Source of the DNA: Mobula birostris | Lineage: Eukaryota | Direction of reading: 5' to 3' | DNA: 64,000 nt | Assembly (NCBI RefSeq): GCF_030028105.1 | Contig: NC_092372.1 | Span: 156,618,058 to 156,682,057, forward strand | Shown here: positions 1 to 13,125 of the stretch, in pieces | How positions within the stretch are numbered: position 1 is the first letter of the stretch | Layout of the letters: every line of letters starts with the position of its first letter | Program-made: the position numbers and the translations under genes | Notes under the pieces: model-generated | The model's database searches: none | Seen by the model: only the letters and a program-made list of their open reading frames with translations | Told to the model about the DNA's origin: nothing

Positions 1-463
1 CGGATCAATGTTGACCCAACAGGCTTGTTAGACAGTAACTTGAATTAAAGGATCCTCTGATAACATTACAAGAAGTTTTTAAAAAAAGCATCTGAAATGT
101 TAACTCAGTTTTACTTTCTACTGATGATGCCTGACTGACTGAGTGATTGTATATCAATTTTCCATAGTCTGCAGCATTTTGACTTGTACATTTTTAAAAT
201 GTACATATAATAAATAAAAACTGGAGTGTGTGCATTTGATTAAGGTGGATATAATACCATGTTAACATTTTTTAATTTAAAATTTCTTAATTTGTAATAT
301 TTATTGGAAGCATTATATGAACCAGAGTGATTGGTAAATACTTATTCTAGCTTAGTATTAGACAATGTAGTTAGATATGACTTACGGTGTATTTTTTTTC
401 GTTAGACAGATTCCCAAAGAGTTTAAATTCATATCAGTTCAATTGTTTTTATCTTGATTACAG

Positions 464-500
464 AGGATAAAGCTGAAAACAGCAAAGCCTTAACTGATAG
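464..500 (+). CDS. Possible small internal exon of the host gene (xDKAENSKALTDx)
   Basis: Pyrimidine-rich acceptor tttttatcttgattacag, an open 37-nt frame and an AG|gtaaac donor, in non-repeat AT-rich DNA. Linkage to the downstream exons is not shown. Confidence 0.3.
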
Positions 501-509
501 GTAAACTGA

Positions 510-1652
510 AAGGTTAGTTAGGAAGGTTCAATCGTTAGGTATTAATATTGAGGTAGTAAAACGGATTCAACAGTGGCTGGATGGGAGAGTTGTGGTGGAT
601 AACTGTTTGTCAGATTGGAGGCCGGTGACTAGTGTTGTGCCTCAGGGATCTGTACTGGGTCCACTGTTATTTGTCATATACATTAATGATCTGGATGATG
701 GGGTGTTAAATTGGATTAGTAAGTATATAGATGCTACTAAGATAGGTGGAGCTGTGGATAATGAAGTAGGTTTTCAAAGCTTGCAGAGAGATTTAGGCCA
801 GTTAGAAGAGTGGGCTGAAAGATGGCAGATGGAGTTTAATGCTGATAAATGTGAGGTGCTACATTTTGGTAGGACTAATCAAAATTGGACATACATGGTA
901 AATGGTAGGGCATTGAAGAATGTAGTAGAACAGAGGGATCTAAGAATAATGGTGCATAGTTCCCTGAAGGTGGAATCTCATGTGGATATGGTGGTGAAGA
1001 AAGCTTTAGGTATGCTGGCCTTTATAAAGCAGAGCATTGAGTATAGGAGTTGGGATACAATGTTGAAATTGTACAAGGCATTGGTGAGGCCAAATTTGGA
1101 GTATTGTGTACAGTTCTGGTCACCGAATTATAGGAAAGATGTCAACAAAATAGAGAGAGTACAGAGAAGATTTACTAGAATGTTACCTGGGTTTTATCAC
1201 CTAAGTTACAGAGAAAGGCTGAACAAGTCGGATCTTTAATCTTTGGAGTGTAGAAGGTTGAGGGGGGACTTGATAGAGGTACTTAAAATTATGAGGGGGA
1301 TAAACAGAGTTGACGTGGATAGGCTTTTTCCATTGAGAGTAGGGGAGATTCAAACAAGAGGACATGAGTTGAGAGTTAAAGAGCAAAAGTTTAGGGGTAA
1401 TATGAGGGGCAACTTCATTACTCAGAGAGTGGTAGCTGTGTGGAATGAGCTTCCAGCAGAAATGGTTGAGGCAGGTTCAATGTTGTAATTTAAAGTTAAA
1501 TTGGATAGCTATATGGACGGGAAAGGAATGGAAGGTTATGGGCTGAGTGCAGGTCGGTGGGACTAGGTGAGAGTAAGCGTTCGGCACGGACTAGAAGGGC
1601 CAAGATGGCCTGTTTCCGTGCTGTAATTGTTATATGGTTATATGACTATATG
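510..1652 (+). mobile_element. CR1 LINE, 5'-truncated (RT C-terminal half plus 3' tail)
   Basis: ORF 592-1239 has VPQGSVLGPLLF, a degenerate FADDTK (YIDATK) and LEYCVQFWSP. ORF 1243-1488 has RRLRGDLIEV..TRGH. Short repeat tail gttatatggttatatg. Confidence 0.92.
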
Positions 1653-1715
1653 ATTGATTGACAGTAAAATTCAGTACTTCTGCATTAAGCTGGACATGGG
1701 AAGAAACCTCGATCT

Positions 1716-2221
1716 TGCTAGCAACACACATAATATGCTGGTGAAACGCAGCAGGCCAGGCAGCATCTATAGGAAGAGGTACAGTCGACGTTTTGGGCCA
1801 AGACCCCTTGTCAGGACTAACTGAAAGAAGAGATAGTAACAGATTTGAAAGTGGGAGGGGGAGGGGTAATCTGAAATGATTGTGGAAGATAGGAGGGGAG
1901 GGATGGAGCTAAGAGCTGGAAAGTTGATTGGCAAAAGGGATACAAGGCTGGAAAAAGGAGAGGATCATGGGACGGGAGGCCTAGGGAGAGAGAAAGGGGG
2001 AGGGGAGCACCAGAGGAAAATATAGTGAGAGGGACAGAGGGAGAAAAAAGAGAGAGAAAGAAAGGGGGGAAATAAATAAATAAATAAATAAGGGATGGGG
2101 TAAGAAGGGGAGGAGGGTCATTAACAGGGGTTAGAGAGGTCAATGTTCATGCCATCAGGTTGGAGGCTACCCGGATGGAATATAAGGTGTTGTTCCTCCA
2201 ACCTGAGTGTGGCTTCATCTT
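1716..2221 (-). mobile_element. Penelope-like element 3' end (endonuclease C-terminus, 3' UTR, decayed hammerhead)
   Basis: The minus strand encodes DEATLRLEEQHLIFHPGSLQPDGMNIDLSN, typical of the end of PLE ORFs. A pyrimidine-rich UTR and a hammerhead-like motif at 1781-1823 follow. Confidence 0.8.
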
Positions 2222-2889
2222 AATTTATCCTGATTTTGTTGATAGTTTCAAAGGGTAGCTATATAAGATTGTAAAGATCTCTAGGATGACCAACAATATT
2301 TTGTTCATTTAGTGTGAGGCATGAACGTCTACTCAACAAAACTTGTTTCATTAATGCACCTTAAACCTTGTTGAAATCATTATTTATTTTTAATAGCAAT
2401 AATTTTATATAGTTATCTAAATGTTAACAGAAACATTATCAATTCCCTCTTTATGTTAAAATTAATGCTGCAAGTAAGATTTCCAGTTTAAGACAGAAAC
2501 AGCTAATATCACATTAAAAACACAACAGGATTTGAAAGAAAGAACAAGGTTGAATTTTCAGGTGCCTTTTGCACAATATCTCCTAACTAATCTGCAGTGA
2601 ACCATCATGGCTAAGCTGGGGTGTGAGGCTTGGTATTTTTCTTTGTCCTTTCTGGGATAGTGCACTCATTTTTTGAATGCTACCTTCACATAGAATTTCT
2701 ACCTGCAGAGGGACTCAAAAATAGGATATACGGTCAGAATACACTATCATTTTTCCTGTTGCATTGTTTGACAAAACATAATCTTATACCACTGGCTGTT
2801 TACTTCCTTCATCAAGAGAGTGAATGTTAGTTGTTCTGACTGAGATTTTGGTCTTTGATGGGATGAGAAATATGAATATTCCTACATGA

Positions 2890-3350
2890 TAGCATAAGAC
2901 CATAAGATAAGGGAGCAGAAGTAGGCCATTCAGCCCATCGAGTCTGCTTCGCCATTCAATCATGGGCTGATTCAATTCTTCCAGTCATCCCCACTCCCCT
3001 GCCTGCTCCCCATACCCTTTGATGCTCTGGCTAATCAAGATCCTATCTATCTCTGTCTTAAGTGCACCCAATGACTTGGGCTCCACAGCCACTCATGGCA
3101 ACAAATTCCACTGATTTACCACCCTCTGACTAAAGTAATTTCTCCGCATCTCTGTTCTGAATGGACATCCTTCAATCCTAAAGTTGTGTCGTCTTGTCCT
3201 AGACTCCCCTACCATGGAAAATAACTTTGCCGTATCTAATCTGTTCAGGCCTTTTAACATTCAGAATATTTCTATGAGATCTCCTCTTACTCTCCTGAAC
3301 TCCAGGGAATACAGCCCAAGAGCTGCCAGACGTTCCTCATATGGTAACCC
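2890..3350 (-). mobile_element. CR1 LINE 3' fragment
   Basis: Reverse complement of the CR1 3' end (gaatggcctacttctgctcc..tcttatggtcttat) and the GDLIE..TRRH region. Confidence 0.8.
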
Positions 3351-3399
3351 AATGCTCCACCGGCATGTAAGAATAGTTTTTGAAACTACTAGAAATCTC

Positions 3400-3510
3400 G
3401 AACAACACACACAAATGCTGGTGGAACTCAGCAAGTCACGCAGCGTCTATGGAGGGAATAAACCAGTTTGAACCGAGACCCTTCATTGTGATTGAAAAGG
3501 AGGGGAGCAG
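3400..3510 (-). mobile_element. Decayed Penelope-derived short element
   Basis: acacacaaatgctggtggaactcagcaagtca..gagacccttca matches the terminal sequence of the other copies. Confidence 0.6.
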
Positions 3511-5629
3511 AGGCCAGTTCCAGTCAAACCAACCTCGAATGGTTGATGGATTTTGTTCTATGAGTAATCATGCCAAGATGCCCACTGATCTCAAGAAGCA
3601 TGCAACCCATAACAATCTATATGTAGGATTGACAGGAATTAAATTGTCAATGCTTTCTTTTAACCACTGTGACCAAAGCAAGAAACAAATTTAAGCTGGA
3701 GTTAGTAAATGCTTATCCATCAATGAAAATCTTGACAAGTTATCTGCCATTCTTTCAAAAGCCAGTTTAAAATCTATCTTTTTAATGTTGCTGCAGCCAT
3801 CATCTCTAATCCATCTACCTCAATTTAAGTGCAATTTGTTGTTGAAAAGGGATCAGTGGTAAATCTGTGAAGATACTGTTGAGATTTAGAGAGAGAGAGA
3901 GAGATATTGGTGTAACAAGTTGCTGTAGCAGGGATCAATCCAAAATCAAGTTGAAAAGTGAAGCTCTCTATGCATTTATAGACTACTGAAACAGTTTGTT
4001 GCGAGGAAGTTGATTGCATTGTTTATTTAGCTAGTGGGATGGTGAGAGGGTGATTTATATTTATTTTAGTAACCACCATAATACACAATTGCCTGGTATT
4101 AAAACTTTGCCCCTTTTTGATGCACCAAACTCAAACTGCGCATAGCGTAAAAAATTGCGAAATCAGCAAAAGATACATGAGAAAAAGTGCAATGGTGGTT
4201 CAGCTGAATTTGCATGGTATCTGATGGAATAGTGCCCTACTTCAAATACTTTGCAGCAACACATTGAGAAAGGTGTAAGGCTTTAGAGGCACGTAATCAA
4301 TGTTCTCCCTTTTGAGTCTACTGAGAGATGTTATTGATGCTGTGGTGTTGAGGTCTCCTCTCGTAACTCCCATTGTTCCTCATCCCACTCCTCCAGGTCT
4401 TCCTCTGGCACTGGTGACTGTTCTCGAAATGCAGTACAGCTTGCGGGCATGTTTGGACTACAGATTGATGCCAGAAGCCAGGGAAGTGATGAAAGCCACA
4501 AAAACTTGGAACTTGCAAAAGCATTTTAGAGGTCCACGTAGGACTCTGTGAGTGTGGGCTCTTCACAGATGGGCATGCCTTTGCTACCAGACTTGAGGTC
4601 ACTAACCTTCCCACATGGCTAGGCATTGAGTGAGTTCCTGAGCAACAAAATGCCAGAGAAAACTTCCCAGTTAGTTTAAGTATACTCTGCAACTTTGAAT
4701 TTAAGCAGTCTGCAACCCATTCAAGTCTTTCAATGCCAGTAATGTCTTCCTTTAAGTAGACACAGATGCCACAAAGTAGTATGATGTGCTCCAACTAATA
4801 TCGCAAGTGATCATCAAAGTTCAAAAGTGGCTCTAAAAGTTGCAAGTTAACCTTGACTAGTGATGCTATTAGGACCAGGTCTAATACAAGAACAAAGAGC
4901 CATATAACATGGAAACAGGCTCGCAACCCAACTATTCAATGTCTATCTAATCTCGTCCCACTTTCCTGCATTTAGCCAATATTCCTCAGCCACAGCTATC
5001 CAAAGTGAGTTTTACATGAAGTGTTGAATATGGGTGTGATTTCATCTGGATATGATCACTAGCATGATTCAACCTAAATAAAACTGTTCTTGTGTGATTT
5101 TTGGCTAAGAGACTGGTGCTAATGAATTGCATCCTCACCATTTGTGCCTGATCGGTTTCCATCAAAGTTTGGAGTTCTTAGTCAAAGTCCAAGCTTATTG
5201 TAAAAAGAGAACATTAGCACCAGATAAATATTGTTGTCTGCATCAGAGAAGAACTTGCCTAGTGGTCCATTACCCAAAAAGTGAACTCAGCACTGTTGAT
5301 GAGTACATTGGCAACAACTGTGAAATTGTTGTTGAGTATTCAAGAACCGTTGCCTAATTGTATTATATTTTCCAGAGGCAAGTAATTGTTGTTGAAGTAC
5401 TGTACCTCTAGCTTGTGGGATCCGTGGTTTCTGCCTGCAACTTATTATTCCGTAATCAATATAGTGGTGAGAATATAGTCAGATACTAACTAGGGAATTG
5501 GCTTCCCACCTCTTTGCCCACGAAGCAGTCTTGACATCAAATATTTAATTAGCATGATTTGAGATAAGGGTTTCACAGTTGCCTCCTGATTAATTATGAC
5601 AATGAGTTTAAGTGCAGCTCCAGTGCTAT

Positions 5630-5945
5630 ATTTAAGTTTGCTCATGACACCACTGTTGTTGGCTGAATCAAAGGTGGTGACGAATCAGCATATGGGAGGG
5701 AGATTGAAAATCTGGTTGAGTGGTGCCACAACAACAACCTCTCACTCAATGTCAGCGAGTCCAAAGACTTGATTATGGACTATAAGAGGAGGAAACCAGA
5801 GGTCTGTGAGCCAGTTCTCATCAGGAATTCAGAATCAGAATCAGAATAAGGTTTAATATCACTGGCATATATGATGAAATAATGATTTGTGGCAGCAATA
5901 CATTGCAGTACATAATTTAAAAAACTATAATTTTCAATAAGAAAT
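5630..5945. mobile_element. Rex1/Babar LINE RT fragment (+) followed by an antisense Rex-type 3' tail
   Basis: Degenerate FADDTTVVG / WCHNNNLSLNVS region; (gaatca)n tail at about 5830. Confidence 0.7.
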
Positions 5946-5948
5946 ATA

Positions 5949-6460
5949 CAGTGGTTTCTGGTTAATTGGGCCATCGGTTAATTGAGTCAGCCGCTTATTT
6001 TGAACAACTCTTAAAGAACAAAAACTATTGGAGAAAAGAGATGAGGTTCTATTTGTTTACTTGGGACACTGTGCTGCTTTGTTAGGGCAGGAAACTGTTG
6101 CTGAGCAGTTTCTAACTAGCATCAGCCACGTGTACTTGCGTAGACACTACACCGTGCTTAGAGCAAACATTATTAATATAGCATCAGTTGCGTGTACTTT
6201 CAGAAAGCAGTGAACTTGTCACTGAGAGTAAGCAAGAAATATGGCAGAAGACAATTCAGAACTGTTTTCAAGCATTCAGACTTGGAGATGCCAGAAACGG
6301 CCGGAGGTGAAAATGAAATGATTTCTCTACTTCAACAAGTTAGGACCTAGGAAGAATTTGAAGTTATCAACAATCATCCTGAATGTTACATGAAACTAAA
6401 GACTTGGAGGATGCAATCATCATAAGCACTGTATGAAAGCAGTGCATTATCTGCTCCAGG
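5949..6460 (+). mobile_element. Tc1/mariner Tigger-like non-autonomous fragment
   Basis: TA followed by a CAGTGG..GGTTAATTGGGCCA terminus; the other terminus was not found. Confidence 0.5.
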
Positions 6461-6479
6461 CTGAGTGAGAGCCAGTAAA

Positions 6480-6850
6480 GTTCAACACCACCAGGTTCTG
6501 GAATAGTTACTACCATTAGGCTCCTGAACCAGTGTGGATAACTGCATTCACCCAATCACTGATCTGATTCCACAACCTATGAACTCACTTCAAGGACTCA
6601 CAACTCATGTTCTCAGTATTATTCATTCATTTATTTGTTGTTGTTGTTATTATTTTGTTTATTTTTTATATTTGTAGAATTCGTTGTCTTTTGCACATTG
6701 GTTGTTTGTCTTTGTGTGCAGTTTTTCATTGATTCTATCATGTTTCTTTATAGTTACTGTGAATGCTCACAAGAAAATGAATCTCGGGTTAATATATGGT
6801 GACATATATGTACTCTGGTAATAAAGTTACTTTACACTTTGCACTTAATT
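6480..6850 (+). mobile_element. Rex-type LINE 3' end
   Basis: accaccaggttc..atagttactaccattaggctcctgaacc, a T-rich UTR and an aataaa/(acttt)n tail. Confidence 0.6.
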
Positions 6851-8229
6851 TTGTGGATATCTTCCTCTGTGGTTCCAATCTTGCTAGTGTTGTAGTGAGC
6901 CCTTTTGATGGAATACCTCTTCAAATCTGTGCTCATATGAGGGGTAGTCATGACAAAAAAGCAGCAGTAGCCTTATCATTGACTTACACTGGTGAATAGT
7001 AGTCCTAGTTATTGTTTGTATTTGACCATGGCATTTTATTAATCACATTATGACCATTGTCTCTGTACATCTTCACATCTTCTAACTTTTTATGACTTGA
7101 AGTACACTGTCTGATCATCTCAAGACCCAAAGTGGTTGAATTTACTCTTGCCTCTATTAGATATTTTTGTTCAATTTATTGATATCTCTTTGTAATGTAA
7201 TGGCTTCATTTCATGTACTTAAAATGCAAGACTTCAAGATTCTACTAATCTGCTGACAATATATGTTAGGTGGAATTTTTTAAAACATTTTTGCCATTTA
7301 TTTATTTTCATTAGTAATTTCACTATTGTCAATTTTAAAGAATACATATCACTCCTAACCAACTTTTTACCTTGTGTCAGAGCAAAAACATTTCAATTAA
7401 TTTCATGATCTTTTCTATTATTCTATTTATATTTCCCATTCTGTTGCTCATCGAATCACTGCTATTCACCAGGACTTTTGCAATTTTCTCTTATTTTTCT
7501 CCATTTTTTTTGTTATTTCTTAATTATGCAGCATGTTTTATTTTGACAAGCAGATCTCTTTCCTTAGGACCCTAAGCTGCTTCTGCAGCAGGTAACACTC
7601 CTAATGTATGACTTTAGTTGGGAATCAATTTCCCATCCCAGTCACACAGGACAGTGACTTTGAAATGTATGTCACTAGTAGTTCATTATGCTGCTTTGAA
7701 TTCCTGGAACTTCCAACCTACCAACATTGTGGAAGCATCTTCACCAGAGATGGGCAATAAAAACTGGGCTTGCATGACATGAACTTTAAAAAATCTAGAC
7801 TGACGATCTCATTCTACTGAAGTAGCCTTACCTGTCCAAAATTTTACTTGTTGTTTTGCGTTTAAACATTCACATTAACTGAATTCTACCTCATTATCCA
7901 AAATGCTGAAAACACTCAGCAAGTCAGGCATTATGATAAGGGGCTGGAGGAATGTCTAAGGTTTGGCCAAATAAGCTGAAGTATAGGAGCCCTACTGGTC
8001 TCACTCTGGTGCAACTACTGTATGTAATGGTGACTAATGAGCCAAAAGTAAAATTTTGAACGATCTAGTTTAAATGAAATGGCACAAAGTTTCTCCCTCT
8101 TCCCCCCACAGAGATAAATACAGAAAGGAGTGGAGTTTGGGAGCAGGGAAGAGGAAAAACGAGATAGGTAGATTTAGCTCAGTGATTAAGACAGTGTGAT
8201 TAATTAAGCATATGATGTGGCAAGATTCA

Positions 8230-8530
8230 TAAAGTTATACAGCTCAGAAACAGTCCATTCAGTCCAGCTTTCCAGGCTGACCGAGGTGTCCATCTACGCT
8301 AATCCTATTTGCCTGCTTTTGACCAATATCTCACTAAACCTTTCCTATCCATGTACCCATTCAAGTGTCTTTTAAGAGTTGTTATTGTATTTGCTTCTAC
8401 CACCAACTCTGGTGGCTCCTTCTACATATCCACTACCTACTGTGTGAAAAGCTTGCCTCTTAGATTCTTTGCAATCAGTTCCACTTTCACTGTAAACCTA
8501 TCTCTTCTAATTTTAGACTCCCCTATCTTC
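8230..8530 (-). mobile_element. CR1 LINE 3' fragment, degraded
   Basis: Reverse complement of the CR1 3' region (cctatccatgtacc..aagtgtcttttaa). Confidence 0.6.
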
Positions 8531-8890
8531 AAAGGTTGAAAGGTTCATTTTATTATCAAAGTATGTATGCAGAATACAACTCTGAGATTTGTCTTCTCCA
8601 GATAGCCATAAAATACAGATGGGGTATCCAGGGAGGGGTAGCACTTCTGGTTGTGGGCCTGTCATGCTCCACCCAGGGGCAGCTCATCCACCTCCCCCCC
8701 CCCCCCACCACCTGCAGGTCAGTTTAACTGTTTGCATGTGACAGAGGCCACACCCTGGAACACCACTTCCACAGGCGGGCTAAAACCAGGTCAGGGTAGC
8801 CAGGAGCCTCCAACCCTGGTGAGACAGGGATATGCCTACCCAGCATGTGAAGCCGGTTCTGGTGGACTGGACGGATGAGGTCAACTACAA

Positions 8891-10084
8891 CAGGGGTCCC
8901 CAACATTTTTTGCAGCGTGGACCGGTTTAATATTGACAATATTCTTGCGGACTGGCCAACCCAGTGGGGGGAGGGGGGGACGGGGCGGGGTGGGTGTTAA
9001 TCACTACTGGAATATAGGTGATGTCACTTATAAGTGGCTAATACACTCAATTTCGTTTCTAAGGGGTTTATCTAATGAATTTAGTATTAAACACACAGCG
9101 CATATTTTCCTCGCGTGAGTATAGTGATAAGTCAACTATAACAGTGGTCCCCAAACTCCGGGCTGTGAAGAATGCAGCGGTACAGTGGTGGCCAGAATGC
9201 ACAACACATCTTTAAGAAAAAAGCTGAAATAAACAAGCTAATTGATTAGGTGCCGCTCGGCACGTAAATGTCAGCCCAGATCAGAGGCGATGATTATTTC
9301 GGCTTTTTTCTTAAAGATGTGCTGGGTACGTTCCAGCCACCGCTGTACCACTGCATTCTTCGCGGCCCGGAGGTTGGGGACCACAGAATTATAAGTCACT
9401 TATAAGTCAATAGCATCATAACATTTTAAGTAACGTTTGGATATTAAACACACAGCGCATATTTTCCCGGTATGGACATATAAAATCATTGCAACACACC
9501 AATATCGCTGAATCAGTGGGAGCCCTGGGCTTGTTTTCCTGCAACAAGACGGTGCCATCGAGGGGTGATGGGAGACAGCGTTACTCGAAGGGGGTTCCTT
9601 ATGTCCAGTCTATTCAGCAATTTAGTTTTTGTTGCATTCATTGCAGAAAACTCCGCTTCGCAGCAATATGATGTTGGAAATGGAAGTAACCTTTTCAGTG
9701 CTTTCATGGCTATCTCAGGATATTCAGCCTTGACTTTGATCCAGAATGCCAGCAGAGATGTTATGTCAAACATACTTTTCAGCCCACTGCCATTTGCAAA
9801 CTCGGGGAGTTGATCTTTTTCCTGCGCTGGCATGGAAGATTCACCGGAAACATTCACAAATGGGTCACGGACCCATTCCTTTGCATGTCTTGGGTCACTT
9901 GCGTCTTAGGTCACTGATGACCTCACGTGTGTTAAAGTTCAACAGTGGGCATGACAGGGAATGAGGAAAGGTGCAGCTGACTCATATCGTTTCATATCGC
10001 CAAATCATATCCTTTCCTCGCGGCCTGGTAGCACATGCTTTGTGGCCCGGTACCGGTCCGCAGCCCGGTGGTTGGGGACCGCTG
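8891..10084 (-). mobile_element. hAT Buster/Charlie-type internally deleted transposon
   Basis: TIRs CAGGGGTCCCCAAC / GTTGGGGACCGCTG. 8-bp TSD aactacaa/agctacaa with a central TA. ORF 9513-9857 encodes the hAT dimerisation domain (FWIKVKAEYPEIA..LLPFPTSY.CE..FS..KTK..NRLD..KQAQGSH). Confidence 0.9.
9142..9386. mobile_element. Palindromic hAT MITE nested inside the Buster-type element
   Basis: Termini CAGTGGTCCCCAA / TTGGGGACCACAG; TSD aactataa/aattataa; long internal inverted arms. Confidence 0.85.
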
Positions 10085-10859
10085 AGCTACAAGATCCAGC
10101 GGTCAAGAGGGAATGCCGCAACACTTTATGGAGAGCGAAGGGCAAGGCACAGAAGGCGTCATGGCCAAGAAAGTCTCCAATCCTGACAATTTTTCATACC
10201 ATTGGACCAAGATTTTTGAGGCTGAGAGAGTGGAACTGTCCTAGTGCAACAGCTTTTTCACTTTAACATTCTTCCCGCACAGGTTTTCAGTCACTGTTCG
10301 AAATGATGAACAACCATCACACAGAAAAGCATAGTAGTAGTAGAAAGAAGGACATCATCCCTGCCCCCCCACGCATGAAAAGAAAAAGAAACAAAAACTC
10401 TCAAATCCCCAACACCCCAACCCCTCCCTCACACAAAAACTAACAATCACCCACATGGAGAAACAGCAACAAGAACATCGAACCCCAAGCCCTCAGCTCC
10501 AGCCCGCCAGTCAGGGCGAGAACACAAAATAAACATAGAACTGAAAAAGGACAATATGAACTAGTTTGAACTACAGTCCATCCATAAATCTCAGAATTTG
10601 GGGAACAAGACTGTGACAATCTACCCTATCTACCTTTCTCATAATTTTATAAACCCCCATAAAAGGTCATCCTATAGCCTTCATCCTTTGTTTCAAGGAA
10701 AACAATCCCAGCCTGTCCAATTTCTCTTTGTAATTCAAGCCCTTGACTCCAGACTACATTCCTGTAAGTCCTTTCAGCATCCTGCCAGTTGTTTGGCAAC
10801 CAGAGTTACACACAACATTCAAAGCAATGTTAAGAAGCAGGGAGTTTTGTAAATATGGC

Positions 10860-11195
10860 TCATGGGTGGGGGGCTTTACCTGTGATGGACAGTCTAGGGA
10901 AAGCCTTCCCCACCACTGAGCACATCTACGCGGAGTGCTGTCGCAGGAAACCATCATCCAGCATCAAGGACACCATCATCCAGCAATGCTTTCTTCTTGC
11001 TGCTGCTTTTGGAAGGAGGTACAGGAACCTCAAGTACCACACCGCCAAGTTCAGGCAGAACTATTACACCTCAACCATAAGGCACTTGAACTGGAGAGGA
11101 TATCTTTACTCACTTCAACATTGGACTGATTCCACAATCTATGGGCTCACTCTTAAGAATTCTACAACTTGTGTTCTTGATATTTATAGCTTATT
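10860..11195 (+). mobile_element. Rex1/Babar LINE C-terminal fragment
   Basis: EHIYAECCRRKPSSSIKD...GRRYRNLKYHTAKFRQNYY, a degenerate Rex C-terminus. Confidence 0.65.
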
Positions 11196-12480
11196 TATTA
11201 TTTTTATTGTTTCTCAGCTCAAGCTGGTAAAACCTGAGGCACGGGCATAGCCAAACATACTCATTTCTTAATTACTTGGAACTTTAGGACTATTCAAGTC
11301 AATTCAATTCAAGTTTAATATTATTTAACTATATACATGTATACCATCAAACAAGACAATGTTTCTCCAGACCAGGGTGTAAAGCACAGTAGCACACATA
11401 ACACTTAATAACTTGGGAAAGTAAGAATAAAATCTACAAATTAATTACACATAAATAAACAAAGTAAAGTGCATCTTGTGGTGTTTAGTATTGTGGCTTT
11501 CTGGAAATTTGCATAAATATTGCTGTGAAGGATTAATTGTTTAATGCTATTGTGTAGTGACTTTGGGATGACACAAGCTGTAGGCATTACCATTGGGATA
11601 ATGTATACCATTTTTATGTTCCAATGTCTTTCAATTTCCTTTAATTCAGCATATTTCTAGTGTTTTCATTTATTGATTTCTGTCTGTTATGTGTTTAGAA
11701 TAGCTATATCTAACAATTAAGTCGTTGTTGCTTGTTTATCCTGTAATATTATATCCAGATGTTTATTGTGAATTGTCTTACCTGTAATAATGGATCAGAT
11801 ATAATATAATTTGTAGGACTCTGACTCTAAAGCTGGATCAGGCTTGTATTTATAGTAAGGTTTAGTGTCTTTCATGGGTTTGTATTTTAAAGCAAGATAT
11901 TGGTGAATGATGTTTGCCGCTTGATTGTGCCTGTGTAAGTAATCAGATTGAGTTAAACTGCTGCAGGATCCTGAACGGTGTTCGATTGTTTCTGGTTTCT
12001 CAGCATTTTCTGCATTTATTGTTCTGAATTTGTTGATCTTTTATTAAGCATTTTTGATTTTTTTTCTGTTAACCACCTGATCCTGTATTGCCACAAGGAG
12101 CTCTTCTGTTTCTAGGAAGAGGTCTCCAACTCCTGAGCCAGGTGTTCGGTGCAACTTGTGGCCTTCCACTGGTTAACTTTTTCTTCTTTAGCAATATCAT
12201 TTCTTCATTTTTCTCGGTTGTGCATTCATTTAAGTTTAGTGGTGTATACTTCTTACAGAATTGTATATGCTCACATGGAGCACTGAATCCTGTTTTTGTT
12301 GATGAAAGTATATTCCTAGAAGTTTTATCTCACTGGCGTAATTTTTATGACTGTTATTCCTCTTCCTCCTTCTGGCCCAGGTAATGTTAACTTAAATGCC
12401 TTTGAGTGTACATAGTGTTTTCTAAAATTTTTCATTTTATTCTTCTTTGTAAATTTTCCAGATCAGTTTCAGAGCAAGAT
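11195..12480 (-). mobile_element. R4/Dong-clade non-LTR retrotransposon, 3' part (restriction-like endonuclease), interrupted by a Rex tail at about 11297-11475
   Basis: The minus strand reads AIQDQVV..CRKC..PETIEH..GSCSSLTQSDYLHRHNQAANIIHQYLA..DIILQDK..LDIAI..QKATILNTTR (CCHC, RHN, PD-(D/E)xK-like), with a TAA-rich tail. Confidence 0.8.
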
Positions 12481-12484
12481 TCAT

Positions 12485-12705
12485 ATTATTATTTTATGAT
12501 TTTTATTTTTTTCTCAGCTCAGTCTGGTAAAACCTGAGCTACAGGCGTAGACAAGCACACTCATTTCTCAATTGTTAGGAACTTTAGGACTATCCCAGTG
12601 GTGTTTAGTATTGTGGCTTTCTGGAGGTTTACATAAATAATGCGCGGTGTGCCTAATTGTTTAATGCTATCGTATAGTGACTTAGGGACAATACCATATT
12701 ATTAA
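12485..12705 (-). mobile_element. Second R4/Dong 3' end, in tandem with the first
   Basis: Near-duplicate of 11205-11300 joined to 11478-11570. Confidence 0.75.
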
Positions 12706-13125
12706 TATTCTTTTCTTTTTGTATTTGTACAGTTTATGTTTTTCAGACTGGTTGTTTGCCATGTGCTGTTTTTCATTGTGTTCCTTTGTATCTAATGTGA
12801 AGTAAATGGGTCTCAAGGTAGAATATGCTAATATAAACAGAATGTACTTTGATACTGAATATGCTTTCAACTTCAAGTAGTTACTATTAAGAGGGCATGG
12901 GAAGATAGCAAAAACAGAGGGCAGAGAGCACAATGAGGTATTGAGGTATTGTTGGAAACCTCTAGGATGAGCAATTGAACAATGAGCTAGAAAAGGAAGG
13001 ACGTTGTCTGGTTAAATACCTATTCACTACCAGGTTGAGAGCTAAAGACTAGATCCTTTAAATGACAGATCTGAGATTTGGAAAACCATATGTGTAATTC
13101 AGATTACTCTCACAGTACCATGAGC

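Noticed and set aside
7569-7592. 24-nt micro-exon candidate (DPKLLLQQ)
   Set aside because: Splice signals are plausible, but it adjoins degraded repeat-like DNA and cannot be linked to the gene model.
8620-8890. GC-rich segment resembling an RTE-like 5' UTR or structured RNA
   Set aside because: No diagnostic motif could be confirmed by eye, so it is left unassigned.
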